From positions 42,284,639-42,348,638 of the forward strand of contig JASCQW010000099.1 in the NCBI GenBank assembly GCA_030264375.1: a stretch of 64,000 bases of DNA, in the 5' to 3' direction. Positions 12,581-24,556 of the stretch are shown one piece after another. The stretch is from Carcharhinus longimanus (lineage: Eukaryota). The notes under the pieces are model-generated. The model worked only from the letters and a program-made list of their open reading frames with translations. It was not told the origin of the DNA and did no database searches. Every line of letters begins with the position of its first letter. Positions within the stretch are counted from its first letter, which is position 1. The translations under genes and the position numbers were made by a program.

Positions 12581-13208
12581 CTGCAAATTAAAAATGTTTT
12601 TTTTTATTATGTGTCAGCACTTCTAATGATGAGTAATAAATTATTTTTGTAAGCAGTTTCACAGGAGATTGCACTTCAGCTCTCCATTCATTTGTACATT
12701 TTAAAAGTGTATTTTTGAACAGAACATAAACTTTCAAGCATTTTCTTGTTTATGTGCCTGTCACGTAAGCAACTAAATTACATTGTTCAATTTTATAGAA
12801 TAATAAGAACAAATGCGATTTTGTAAAATAAATTAACTCATTGGACTTCTGATTTTTCCTTTTGCTGTTTCTCCACCTCTTCCAATTAGGAAGGAGAATG
12901 GGAGGGAACAAACTAAATAAACAGGTATCATATAAACCATTATGTTTTGGTGTTGGCAGTTTTATCTGCAATTAGATGATCTTTCAAACATAGTTAGAAG
13001 TATAACTAAGTTTATTTACAAGGCTACTTTCAATTTTGTAACACTGTCAGCTTTGTAGTGAAGCAATGTAACCTTTGATCAAACAATGAGAAATAATGAA
13101 GAAATCAACAGAAGTATTATCTAACCTAATTTCTGCATGGATTTTAATCAAGCCAAAACAGTATACACATGCTCTGTTTAGATTACGTATATTGTTGTTC
13201 GTACTTAC

Positions 13209-13433
13209 AATCTCATCCTCCAGATCTCTGTTGAATTGATGTATTTCTTTAGATGCCAACAAGTAGTTTTTTCTCTCCTGTAGTGGTTCTAGTAGCTGCA
13301 AGAATCTTTTTTCAACTATTGTACGCTTGCTATCCACCTCATCAATATCTTTGCCTTCTTGGCTCAAAACCTTGGCCTGACCCTTCAGTTCCTCCACCTC
13401 CTTCTTTCGCACTTCAATCTGATTTTCTAACAT
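13209..13433 (-). CDS. SPTBN1: SPTBN1 exon 21 (MLENQIEVRKKEVEEL...HQFNRDLEDEI)
   Basis: Within ORF 13047..13433; tag|ATG...ATT|gtaagt; 225 nt. Confidence 0.95.
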
Positions 13434-13620
13434 CTAATGAAAGAGGGGCATAAAAAAGCAGTTTATAATTAGTATCAAATAACTGCACTGAGATGGAATT
13501 TCTCTGTGTGGTCTTCAAAGATATTTGGGAGCAGAAAACAATTCTTATGCAAAATCTTGAGATTGCTAACTGGATAATACAAATTAATTTGGCATACTGA
13601 AGTTACCTTAATTTTAAAAT

Positions 13621-13796
13621 TATAGAATCATCGAATCCTGCAATGCAGAAGGCAGCCATTTGGCCCATCGTGTCTGCACTGTCCACAATCCCACCCAGAC
13701 CTTATTTCCATAATCCAATTCATTACCCTGGCTAGTCTCTCTGACACTAAGGGGCAATTTAGCATGGCCAGTCAACCTAACCTGCACATTTTTGGA
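13621..13796 (-). mobile_element. HE1/V-SINE-type SINE, 3' part
   Basis: atagaatcatcgaat tail; ggggcaatttagcatggccagtcaacctaacctgcacatttttggac. Confidence 0.8.
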
Positions 13797-13797
13797 C

Positions 13798-14126
13798 AAA
13801 ATTCTCATCCTTGTTTTCAAATGCCTCACCCTTCCCCATCTCTGTAATCTCTTTTAGCCATACAACCCTCCAAGAAATTATTGTTCTGCTAATTCTGGCC
13901 TCAATTTTAAGCGCTCCACCATTGGCAACCATACTTCATCTGCCAAGGCTCTAAGCTCTGGAACTCCCTCCCAACTTTTCTCTCTCTCTACCCCTCCTTG
14001 CTCTAAGATGTAAACCTGTTTTTTTCCTAATGTGGCATGGCATCAAATTTGATCACACTCCAGTACCTTGAAATACCTTGGAAGGTTTTATTACTTTAAG
14101 GGTGTTATATAAATTAAAGTTATTGC
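13798..14126 (+). mobile_element. L2-like LINE 3' fragment
   Basis: aaattctcatccttgttttcaaat...ctaagctctggaactccctccc...tatataaattaaagttattg, a typical L2-like 3' end. Confidence 0.55.
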
Positions 14127-14438
14127 TCCTGTGGATTTATAGCATAAAACTAATACTAAATTGGCAATGTGACCCAAAGAAGCCACCTAACTACTCCGTC
14201 TAAAGTTCATATTTTCCAGTCACCACAGATTATTCCATATTATCTTCATATCTTACTCCACTGAAAAGCAAATAGGCTACATAATGTATTACCTGTTAAT
14301 ATCAACTCTTGATGACAATTTCAGAGAAATACTTTGTTTAAGCAAAAAAAACCTCATGAAAAATATGCAAAGAGTATGGTCGTGCATATAACGGTTATTT
14401 AAAGATGTGTTGCTGATCTGTACGATTTTGACCCGGTC

Positions 14439-14464
14439 TATATATATATATATATACATATATA
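14439..14464. repeat. (TA)n microsatellite
   Basis: TA dinucleotide run with one interruption. Confidence 0.85.
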
Positions 14465-16040
14465 GTATAACCTCGAGGGAAAGCTACATTATGCAAAGGT
14501 TCAAACTGATTACTGCGTGTTCTTTCTGGGGGAAAAAAAACAAAATGGAAGAAACAGCAGTGCGGTCAACATAAAGGATTCTGCAGCTTTCAATCCAGGA
14601 ACAGCAGCTTCTTGTGCTCCATTTGTGCCAATGTTTGGCTTCACCTGAACGACAGCTTGAGAAGAAGGAGCATGAGATGTGTGGGGATAACCCGTGCGAG
14701 CTTGGTACAGGTGAAAGCTGTTTGTTGTAATGAGTGATGTCATTAAGTCACAGCTTCTAGCAGCAATGCACATTTATCAGTGGCGCAGTGATTTGTTTAC
14801 ATGCACAGCTTTAAGGCTGTCCCTTGTTGACTGTTCAGCAAAACTGGCAGACACATGGCAAAGTTTACTTGTTTCTAGGTGTTGATGGAAAGGAAAAAAC
14901 GTGTCTGTTGGTTTTGATTTTTGTTTGAAAATTTCTGAGGTCTTCCTTGTTTTGATGGTAGTCTTGCACTATTTCTCAAATTCTGGGATACATTAGTAGT
15001 TTTTGTGTTTCCAATCTTGTTTAAACTTATTCCCAACTGATACCTACTTCAGATTTGTCAATGTGGCCTGGAAATATTGTACTTGAAGTTTCCATTGGGC
15101 AAGGAAGGGTTACTGTCTCTTTTCTTCCACGACCCCCCCCCCCACCTCAAATCTTACTTGAAACCCTCGCCCTTGGACGCAGAACTTGGTTTCAGTATCG
15201 TTTGCACAAGTTCATTGCCAAGCAGTTTACCAGAATTTTACAGATTTCTGCTGTACTAATCGCTACACCTCACCAGCACTGAACTTCATCTTCACTTCAA
15301 ACCACTCCTGGGAACGGACACTAATCCCAGAAAGTGCTTGCGTACCAGTTTAGTTAACTTGAGAAAAGCAGGTGAGCCACCCTTCAACCCAGCTTGCTTC
15401 TCACTCACTAAGTATTGAACAAACGTACAAAACAGAAAAAAAAACAAGAATCTGGTAACATCAGAATGTGGTGACTTGTGATTTTTTTCACTGAATTTAA
15501 TTGTGTGCTCTTGTCCTGTTTCCCCATCCCCTAGAATAGTCAATAATACCCCAAAAGCAAAGTTAGTAGACTTTTCCCACTGAGTGTTATTACTGGGTGG
15601 CACTAGATGCTGGTATATATTACTGTACTCAAGCAATATCATTCCATTTTGNNNNNNNNNNNNNNNNNNNNNNNNNNNNNNNNNNNNNNNNNNNNNNNNN
15701 NNNNNNNNNNNNNNNNNNNNNNNNNNNNNNNNNNNNNNNNNNNNNNNNNNNTAATGCAATTAATTTTCCAAAGATACTATCACAATTTTCATTCTGCATT
15801 GAGGTTTGATATTTACATATTGCTATTTGTGGGTGGAGATATAATTCAACTTAATGAATTCTGCTACCAAAGCAATGAAAATCATTGTTCAGCTCTGAAC
15901 ATATACATAGCACCAAATGCCCAAAGCTGTGTTGGATCATGGAATTTAGAATTGATTATTAGAGGAATATAAAAAAGGAACATTTGAAGATTCAGCTGAT
16001 CAATGTTCCCAAATCTAAACTAACATTATTGGTTATATAC

Positions 16041-16304
16041 CTGCTGTTTCTTGAGTAGAATAGAGACACTGGTAAGGTCTTTGCCATAATCATCAGACTG
16101 GAGCTGACCTTCCAGATTATGCAACCATTTGTCTAAATCAGCACAGCTCTGGGTGAAAAGCTCTGCTTTGTTGGCATCAAACAGACGCTGAGCTTTGGCC
16201 TGTGTAGTAGATTCTAGTTCTTCCCACAAATGGTGGAGGGCTGTCAGCTTTTCCTTCACAACCACTTCAGTCTCTGGCTTCTCTGCAGTTAACTGCATGC
16301 CATC
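16041..16304 (-). CDS. SPTBN1: SPTBN1 exon 20 (DGMQLTAEKPETEVVVKEKL...SILLKKQQ)
   Basis: Overlaps ORF 16026..16298; tag|GAT...CAG|gtatat; 264 nt. Confidence 0.95.
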
Positions 16305-17712
16305 CTACAAGATAAATTGAAATCACATTCAGCATTCTATTAGTTCTCACAGCAACTATCCTGGTAATTGTGGAAACTCAAACAAGCAACCTTGAATAGC
16401 TTAAGTTGTTTACTTTCCAGACAATAAATCATTTGCATTTATTTATAAATAGGAAGTACTAAATATGTGTAGATCCTGGTGTGCTGTATGATCTGAAGGA
16501 CAGTGTGCACAACAGTAAATAAATGTCTACAATAGAATCTCAAGCATCAGCCAATGAAGATAATCTGGATCGTGAGTATGGCAGAGTACCTATGCACTGA
16601 GTCACAGAAGAATTCCTGATGAGATGAGATCTCAATTTCAGGGCGCTGCATGGCAAGAAGTGCCAATTAGACAAGTGGCATTTAACCACAATCAGAAGGA
16701 CAAACTAATCTAGGTTGCTTTTATGAATCCTTCAGTAGCACATAGGTGGCACTAGCCTTTTATGCATTTTGAATGAAATTACTAATTGCGTACATATGGC
16801 CACCATTCAAATCAATAACACAAGTCCCAAACATCAGCTTTATCCAAAAAAGCAATATTTTATCCAAGAAGCAATACAAAGTGCTACGTATAATCTGACT
16901 ATTGAACTGATGGTACAAACATCATCAGAATTTAACCTGAGGCAAATTTAACCCTGAGTAGCACTGCTACAGCTAAGTTTTATCACAGCACTGCTGTTTT
17001 ATCACAGGAAATGCCATGTTGCATTGAGAAAAAGTACAATTTTAACAAATAAGTAAATTCAATAAAAAGGAATTGAAATCTAGGGAAATGGAATAAAAAG
17101 CAATAATTACAAAAACTATACCCCTAAAATTCCACTGCTTTTTTGTGGTGTTTAGCTGGAACTCTAAACCTTTGGAGTAATAGCACTCATCAATGTGGTG
17201 GGGTGGGGGGGAGAAAAAGAGGGTCGGGTCAGGGAGGGGGTGAACTCAGTGGAATTTCCAGGTGTTTATACTTAAACTCAGTATAATAAGCCAGTTACAT
17301 GTGAAACTGAACATATTATTCCAAATACTAGTTAAACTCAAAACTTGTGGATTTACACAGATAGAAGATGATTCAAGCTTCTAGTAAATACACAGGTTAA
17401 AACTACAAAGATAATTTGAAAAAATAAGTAGGCCAAGAAGGGGAGAGCACAATTTTTAAAAATAAAATAACACAGCAAATCACTCAAGCAATGATATGAA
17501 TTTTATTTAATAAATTTTTACAAGTTATCACTCTGCTTCCAGAAAAACAAGTACCAATACTTGAACCCTGCAAGGTTTAAGATTTTATGCATCAGGCAAG
17601 CTGGGATCATTAATGTGTTGCCATTCAGAAGTAATAAAAACTTTAAAAAATCTCAAGCTGAGATATATTTATTACAAAAACAGAATTCTGAATATTCAAG
17701 ACTCTATCATAC

Positions 17713-17866
17713 CTTATCAANNNNNNNNNNTATCCAGCCATTCTTTATTTGATGCAAGCTCTGCCATAAAAGCCTGATGTTTCTGCCATTTGCTGTGTAA
17801 ATTTCTGGCTTCATCATAGGACATGTCCTGAGCAGTGAGCATCTTCTCGCTGATCCAAAGTGATAA
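17713..17866 (-). CDS. SPTBN1: SPTBN1 exon 19 ([45 protein letters not shown][gap]DK); contains a 10-N gap
   Basis: aag|TTA...AAG|gtatga; frame is interrupted only by the Ns at 17721-17730. Confidence 0.92.
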
Positions 17867-17974
17867 CTTTAAAACAAAAGCATTAACATGTATTCAAGGA
17901 ATATCACATTTATAATCCACAATACACATATAGCACAAGTATTTTGTTAAAAGTAAGTTGTATAGCGAGTTTAC

Positions 17975-18065
17975 TTCCTGGCAGTCTTGCAGAAACTTCT
18001 GTAGGTCTCTATTATCCTTAAGGCGCATAAGTAGTTCACTGGCAGCCTCACGGTTCTTCTTATGT
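17975..18065 (-). CDS. SPTBN1: SPTBN1 exon 18 (HKKNREAASELLMRLKDNRDLQKFLQDCQE)
   Basis: Within ORF 17894..18091; tag|A...GAA|gtaaac; 91 nt. Confidence 0.95.
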
Positions 18066-19863
18066 CTATAGGTTAAATTTGATAGTAACATTTTAAGAAG
18101 TTGTTTAGAATAAGATTCTTTTTAAAAAAACAGAACCTTAGTCTTTAGAGTCACCTTTGCATTAACTTTTCAATATATAGCTGCCCTCTATGTACCTGGT
18201 GCAGTTCTTGAATGTGCCAAAGAGAAGGGAATTAATTTATCTACTTTATACAAAAAATGCAGTAACTACATCTTGAAAACTACATTGCAGTACAACGCTG
18301 TAACACAAGCTAATGCTTCAATTTAGATTAAATGCAAGTATAAATCTCAAATAACTTATGACAGCCAGATAGCGAAAGTATCATGTCAATCTTTTACTTA
18401 ATACTAAATTTATTTATAGAATTCAACGTTGCAAATGTCTGCCTTCTCTCTAAACAACAGTCTCCCAGAAGTCTTCCTTTATAAGTACTCAAGGTACTCA
18501 ATGCCCTCCACTTGTATATCCTTAACAATACAATTAATTAACATTATAATCATAAACTTTGAAAACAGTAATGAATAATGGATAATGTTACCAATATTTT
18601 GGGACTTCCACCACTTATTGTTGCACACCATTGGGATAGTAGGTTACCTGGACTATGTCCTTCATTACTGTCAGTACTTTATTCTTGCTGCTTATAACAT
18701 GATTAGCAATTATNNNNNNNNNNNNNNNNNNNNNNNNNNNNNNNNNNNNNNNNNNNNNNNNNNNNNNNNNNNNNNNNNNNNNNNNNNNNNNNNNNNNNNN
18801 NNNNNNNNNNNNNTTATAACATGATTAGCAATTATGATCTGGACAATGCGGTGTGAAATCTGTGTCCAGAAATCAAATTCAAATCAGCTTTGTAGAATTG
18901 AGTGGAATGCGAGTTAGTATCAGACACTGCTGGTCTCCTTTGTTTGGACCTTTTGGAGGAATGTGTTAGTGGGAAAGAATTTCTTGCTGAAGAAAAACCC
19001 CTTGAACATGATACGGAACCTGTGATCTTTGTATTAGGTATAATTCTATATGGGTCTCCGGACTGACCAGGAATAACTTTAAACAGCATTTTAAGCCAAC
19101 TCTCAAAGTAATTAGCGAAACATGGGGCAAAAGAATGAGAATGGGCAATAATTACAAAGTAAAGATCCTGGACATGAGAAATTGTAGAAACACGCCTGCT
19201 AAAAGATCCTGAAAAACCCAGGTGTTTTCTCTTTTTGAATTTAAAATGCTGCAAATGTTTTAGCCTCAAAATATTTAAAAATATTCACCACTCTGTTGTG
19301 ACTGCCTTTTTTTTCCCCCGGGGGGAGCTGGGGTGGTGGGTATGACAGGGAAGTGTGATTTAAATACTTAACAGTTCCTTTGTAAATGCTGATTAGTTTC
19401 CAACAGTCACCATTAAACTGGTCTTAAGGAAGCCCCACAGTGTAAAGTGAAAAATGGCAACTGTTAATTTTAATGTTAAAATCATTTTTCAGAAATGGGT
19501 ATTTTTGCAAAACCAGTAATTACTGAGCTATATGTGATGGTAGAAAATATAATACAACAAATTATTTAAACAATTTTTTCATAACAATGCATACAATTAC
19601 ATTTCTACCATGTCAGCTTAAAGAATCCAGCTGCTTTATATAAAGGCCAAAATTTGAGATGGTAAAAGGGCAATCAAAATTCCTCAAGAGTGACTTCTCT
19701 AGCAAATCAAGACTCCAACAAAAGACAATGAAACAACAATAGTAACAAGTCACTCCTAGTAAAGTAGGACATAATTATCTGCAGAAAGTGTAGGATGCTC
19801 AGGGTTATTAAACCTCAAGGTTTACGAAAAGGACAGCACCTCATTTTGTTGGTTTTGTTTTAC

Positions 19864-20066
19864 CTTTCATCAATTGAGTCAACTTTTTCCTGGATTTTGT
19901 CAGAATAAATATTGCCATCACTGACTAGTCTCCTGCCTGTCTCCACTACTCCATTGATCTTATCTTCATTTGCATCCATGGTAGTCATGAAGTCTTCCTG
20001 CTTTTTAATGGCAGCTTCAGCAGCCTCCAATGTGGTGGGCATTTCAGTGTGTGCCAACACATATTC
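19864..20066 (-). CDS. SPTBN1: SPTBN1 exon 17 (EYVLAHTEMPTTLEAAEAAIKKQEDF...VDSIDER); acceptor is not AG
   Basis: ORF 19860..20060 extended by two codons (EY) on homology; 203 nt; donor gtaaaa; acceptor reads aat|GAA. Confidence 0.9.
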
Positions 20067-20309
20067 ATTTATTCCAACAAATCAATGAATTGTTAGTCAG
20101 CTTTGTACAGCCATTTGTAATCAGGGAACAAAAACACTGATTGCATACAAAATGACTAGTTCCACCTTCAACTTAATTCATGCTCAGAACAAGATTTTTT
20201 GAGAGATGGTTTGGATTGCAGTCCAGTATTTCCCAAGCTCTCTCTTTATGTAACTCTATTTTGCTTCTCAAATTTTGATTTCCATTTATCACTAACAGCA
20301 TTACGAGTG

Positions 20310-20438
20310 AATCAACACCAGCTGGATTGCTGCAGTTCAAGAAGACAGCTTATCATCACCCTCTCAAAGGCAATTAGGGATGGGCAACAAGTATTGGCCT
20401 TGCCAGCAACATTCACATTCCATGAAAGAACAAAAAAA
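20310..20438 (+). mobile_element. LINE 3' end fragment (same family as 60960-63870)
   Basis: gggcaattagggatgggcaacaagtattggccttgccagc...ccatgaaagaacaaaaaaa resembles the reverse complement of 60960-61028. Confidence 0.6.
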
Positions 20439-20531
20439 GTTGACCTATCTCACTGTTTATATCTCCTCAGCTGAGTATTTTTTTGTTGATCTGCACCAGA
20501 AGGTTTCAAAAAGTGGGCCAACAGAATCATA

Positions 20532-21483
20532 GGCCACGATTCTCCCGAACGTGCTGATTTGGTGGGAAAATTGTTCTAGATTTCGACTGTTTTGTCAATT
20601 CAGCTTCTGACCCAAATCTCCCCACCTTGTACACTGCAGAGATCCCAGTCATGAAATCACTAAAAACCTGAGGGGGGGTGCTATTTGCGCCAGAGTCTGA
20701 TAGTTCTGGAACTCTGTGCAAGCGCAGTGGCTCCAATCTGTCAGACTCCCCATTTGCTGACCAGCTTGATCACTGGCCAGCCTGGGACCCCCACAGTGCT
20801 GCCCTTCCAGCCACCCACCACCACCCCGGGTCTGATCATGGCCCCCACAATAATTTGTGGGCCAGCCCTGAACCACACCCCCCCTCCCCACTCCAGAGTG
20901 CCCGATGTACAGCACCACCTCCGTCCCCCTCCCCCCCCAATTGCAGTCTTCCCTCCATGCAAACTGATCCTGTCAGTAGTGACAGCAGGACCCCTCCACT
21001 CTCATTGATTGCCCCTAAGCCCCACCCACAATAGGCACTGCCTGATGCCTGGTGGGCAACACCAAGATGCTCTGTGGGCACTTACCAGGACACAGGCTGG
21101 CACTGCCAGGTGCCCATGCCCAGGGGGCACCACTCCTTCCTCCCAACTCCGAGCGCCCCCAAATGCGCCCCCCTCATTCCCTAGTTCAGGGAACTAGAGG
21201 GTCTCCCTCTAGTTCCCTGAACATTTAATGAAGTACTCCTGACAGGGTGGAAGATTCAATCAGGACCAGTAAATTCTCGATAATTTGACTTAAATGACAT
21301 TTCCAACTTAGTAAAAAAAAGATTCAAATTACTTAGCTGCCTTCCCACCAGTTTACAATGTGGTCTGGCCTGCGATTGCTCTCCGGCTCTGGGAGATGCA
21401 TATACGTTCCTGGCGCATGCGCAAATCCTGGAACAAGGCTGGCGACACGCATCTCCCACCCCCACGATGGGAGAATCATGGCC
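20532..21483. mobile_element. TIR-bounded non-autonomous DNA transposon (PIF/Harbinger-like MITE)
   Basis: 15-bp TIRs GGCCACGATTCTCCC / GGGAGAATCATGGCC (1 mismatch), GC-rich interior, no transposase ORF. Confidence 0.7.
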
Positions 21484-21645
21484 ATCATTTTCATCAGATT
21501 TAAATAAAATAACGAAATGAAATAAAATCTTATAAAAATGATGGAAGCAACATGCTAGGTCAGTACTCAAAAATTTCCAAAGGTTCCAGATTATAAGACG
21601 CCACTGAAAGTCAAAATTAAACACAAGACTCTGTGCTTAGCTTAC

Positions 21646-22402
21646 CTGGTTGTTAAGGAACCCTTCTGCCTGTTTTGTATCTCTTAAGAAAAGTTGGTAC
21701 GAATGAGATTGGGATAGGTGATTCTGTCTATTCTCCCACATTTTGTGCAGCTCATTCCATCCAGTATCCAAAGCCTGCAGACGCTGACGAAGGAACATAT
21801 ATTGTGCATCTGTTTGTCCCTGTGTTACCATTTCGCCCATGTCACGCATTTTCTGGTAGTCTTCTTCATAATTATTAATTTCGTTTTTGATGTTTTCATG
21901 CTGGGTAAGCAGCTTCTCTCCTTCTGCTAGAGTGTTGGGCATATCTTCAGAAGCAATAGCAGTTTGGGTTTTTGAAAGCCAGGACTGGAAGTCATCCAGA
22001 TCACGCAGGAATTGCTGAAGCTTGTTTGCTTCACCAAGTGATTCTTCACGGTTCTTCAAAGTAGACTTCATTTCTTCCCAGACATCATTTATTTCTGCAA
22101 GACGGCTCATAATAGCATGTGCCTGGTCAGGATGTTCAGCAGCAAGTCTTTCAGCTTCTTTCTGCAAGTCATCCAGTTTAGCTTCAATAGCTGTCAAATC
22201 ACGTTCCATTCCAGTTAATTTCCTTTGGAGGGCCATGACACCAGCAAGATCATTGCCCAGATCTTGCGTGGATTCAATGACTTTGGTCTTTTCCCTAATC
22301 CAAGATTTTGTTTCATTGCATTCAAGGTGGTAATTCTGAATACTGAGTGCAGAATTGAGTGCATCTTTCTTTTGGTCCACTAGTTGACGGAATTGACTCC
22401 AT
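21646..22402 (-). CDS. SPTBN1: SPTBN1 exon 16 (WSQFRQLVDQKKDAL...KQAEGFLNNQ)
   Basis: Within ORF 21637..22551; cag|A...CAG|gtaagc; 757 nt. Confidence 0.96.
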
Positions 22403-23282
22403 CTGGAATTAAAGTAACAAAATGGAATCATAGGCAAAGATAACATTGTGACATTCCTCTCTGAGAGGCAAACCATAAGTATTATTTTAAATGCCTTCCC
22501 CATCACCCAGATTCCTGTCAGGCAGGGGGAGTTAAAACTAAGAGGCAACATGTCTGTGTGCCTTAGCCTCTCTATAAATGATGCACCCTGCTATAAATTG
22601 AAAACATCTCTTGAATGAGGAACAAAATGTACATTTGGCTTCACAGTTTTAAATCCGATCTTGAATGTAGAAAACAAATACAGGTCATATTATCTGGCAT
22701 AGTGTAAGCAGCAATCAGTGAATACAGATCTAGTGGCAAGTTAACAAACACAAAGAATATTTAGCCTTTGATTTGCTGAAATTATTCCCTAGTCCAAGTA
22801 CTGACTAACAGGTTCATGCCATTATATAAACCAGGACAAAATTCAATAGGTCTCCACTGGCACTTTTTGGTCACTATTAGAATGATATCTTGGTATAGAA
22901 ATGCGCTCTAACTCTGACTGAGAAATGCAAGAAGTGAAAAATATCAATGCAGTTTAGTCTTATTTAAACTTTACAATGTAATCAAACTTGAGATGGAAAT
23001 CTAAATGCACTCCTATATTAGCAAAATTAAAATGAGTTCACATTGCTGTAAAAAGTGCTCAAGTGGTGAAGAAGATTTTTTTTAAGCATCAATGTATGAT
23101 CTACTGAGCAATCCGGCAAACTTAACCAGCAGTAGCTTGAAATTATCTGGTAGCAAATAAATTCAATGTGATGAGTACCCAATACTAAATGTAGTTAGAA
23201 AGTCAGGATCCAATGGATAGCACAATCTGATGACAACCTCTCAGCTGAATGGTAGTCAAAAAAGGTAGGTTTTCTTTTAATA

Positions 23283-23374
23283 AAGAAAGAACAAAGAAAA
23301 GAACAAAGAACAAAATCAGCCCGGGAAACAGGCCCTTTGGCCCAACGAGCCCACGCCGCCATCTCAACACCACC
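23283..23374 (-). mobile_element. CR1-type 3' end running into an assembly gap
   Basis: (aagaacaa)n tail plus aacaggccctttggcccaacgag. Confidence 0.6.
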
Positions 23375-23744
23375 NNNNNNNNNNNNNNNNNNNNNNNNNN
23401 NNNNNNNNNNNNNNNNNNNNNNNNNNNNNNNNNNNNNNNNNNNNNNNNNNNNNNNNNNNNNNNNNNNNNNNNNNAAAAGGTTCTCCTATATCCACCCATC
23501 TCCAACTCAGTCATGTGCCTGTCTAAGTTACTCTTAAAGGACTCTAGCGTGCTTTAACGTGCTCAAGTAGCAGGGATGCTACTACAGGAGTTGGGTACCA
23601 AGATTTGTAAAACATTGTAATCATGCACAAAAATTAGACATAGATTTGATGCTCAATACAAAAACAGTCTTTTCTACAAGACCTCTCAATCAAATTCTAT
23701 TTTCTTATTGGCCAGGATATTTTTCCTTTCTGTGACAGACATAC

Positions 23745-23882
23745 CTTGTATTTAGCTTATCTTGCTGTGCTTTGATCTCCTTTTCACTAGGATGCCCGCT
23801 GTGGATCAACTGACGAGCTATTTGGTTCACCACCGCAATACGAGAAGCCTGATTGTTCATTTCTGGCTCCAGACTTTCAAAC
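23745..23882 (-). CDS. SPTBN1: SPTBN1 exon 15 (FESLEPEMNNQASRIAVVNQIARQLIHSGHPSEKEIKAQQDKLNTR)
   Basis: Within ORF 23705..23899; cag|G...AG|gtatgt; 138 nt. Confidence 0.95.
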
Positions 23883-24447
23883 CTGGCAAGGAAATACAAA
23901 ATTTAAATGCAGATAAATCAAAGAGCTGGATTCCTGGATTGATTCCCTAATTCTTTAAAAATGGAAACATTAAACAGTACCATGGAGATGACGACTCTGG
24001 GAACATTTAGAAAACCTAATATTTGGTTACTTTTGTATTTTCTAATGTCTTATGTTTCCAACTTTCTTTTTCAATTTATGTTACAATAAGATGTTATTGA
24101 TACTTTCAGCTATTTTGCACAGTGGACATTCGATATATGCGAGTTGGGATATTAAGCACTAGTAGGTTCTTGTGGAGGTATCACTATCTAACTCAGTCTT
24201 AATTCCACACCAAATATGTCATGAAGGCATGCTTCAGCATACATCAGTGAGTATTCATTAGGAGCAGAAATTCTGGCCGATTTTTTAATTCTCAAGCCCA
24301 GGGATAGGTAGACAAATTATAGTATTCACCAATGATCATGTAGTGATCAGATAACTCAGTCCAAGCAAGGGATCCAGACATATTTGATAATTCAGAAACA
24401 CACAACAACTGCTGCGCTTTTAACTTCTGAGCTATTGAGGATGATTA

Positions 24448-24556
24448 TTCTGATAAAAGGTCAACCACCTGAAATGGTAATTATTTCTCTCTCCACTGAT
24501 GCTCCACTCAATGTTTCCGAGCATCTTCTGTTTTTATTTCATGTTTCCAACATCCA
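24448..24556 (+). mobile_element. Penelope-like terminal repeat relic
   Basis: ctgataaaaggtcaaccacctgaaatgg...tctctctccactgatgct...gcatcttctgtttttatttc; homologous to the 56815-57058 and 58083-58155 segments. Confidence 0.55.

Noticed and set aside
20527-21624. Dense overlapping ORFs on both strands
   Set aside because: By-product of the GC-rich MITE interior; no transposase or other recognisable motif.
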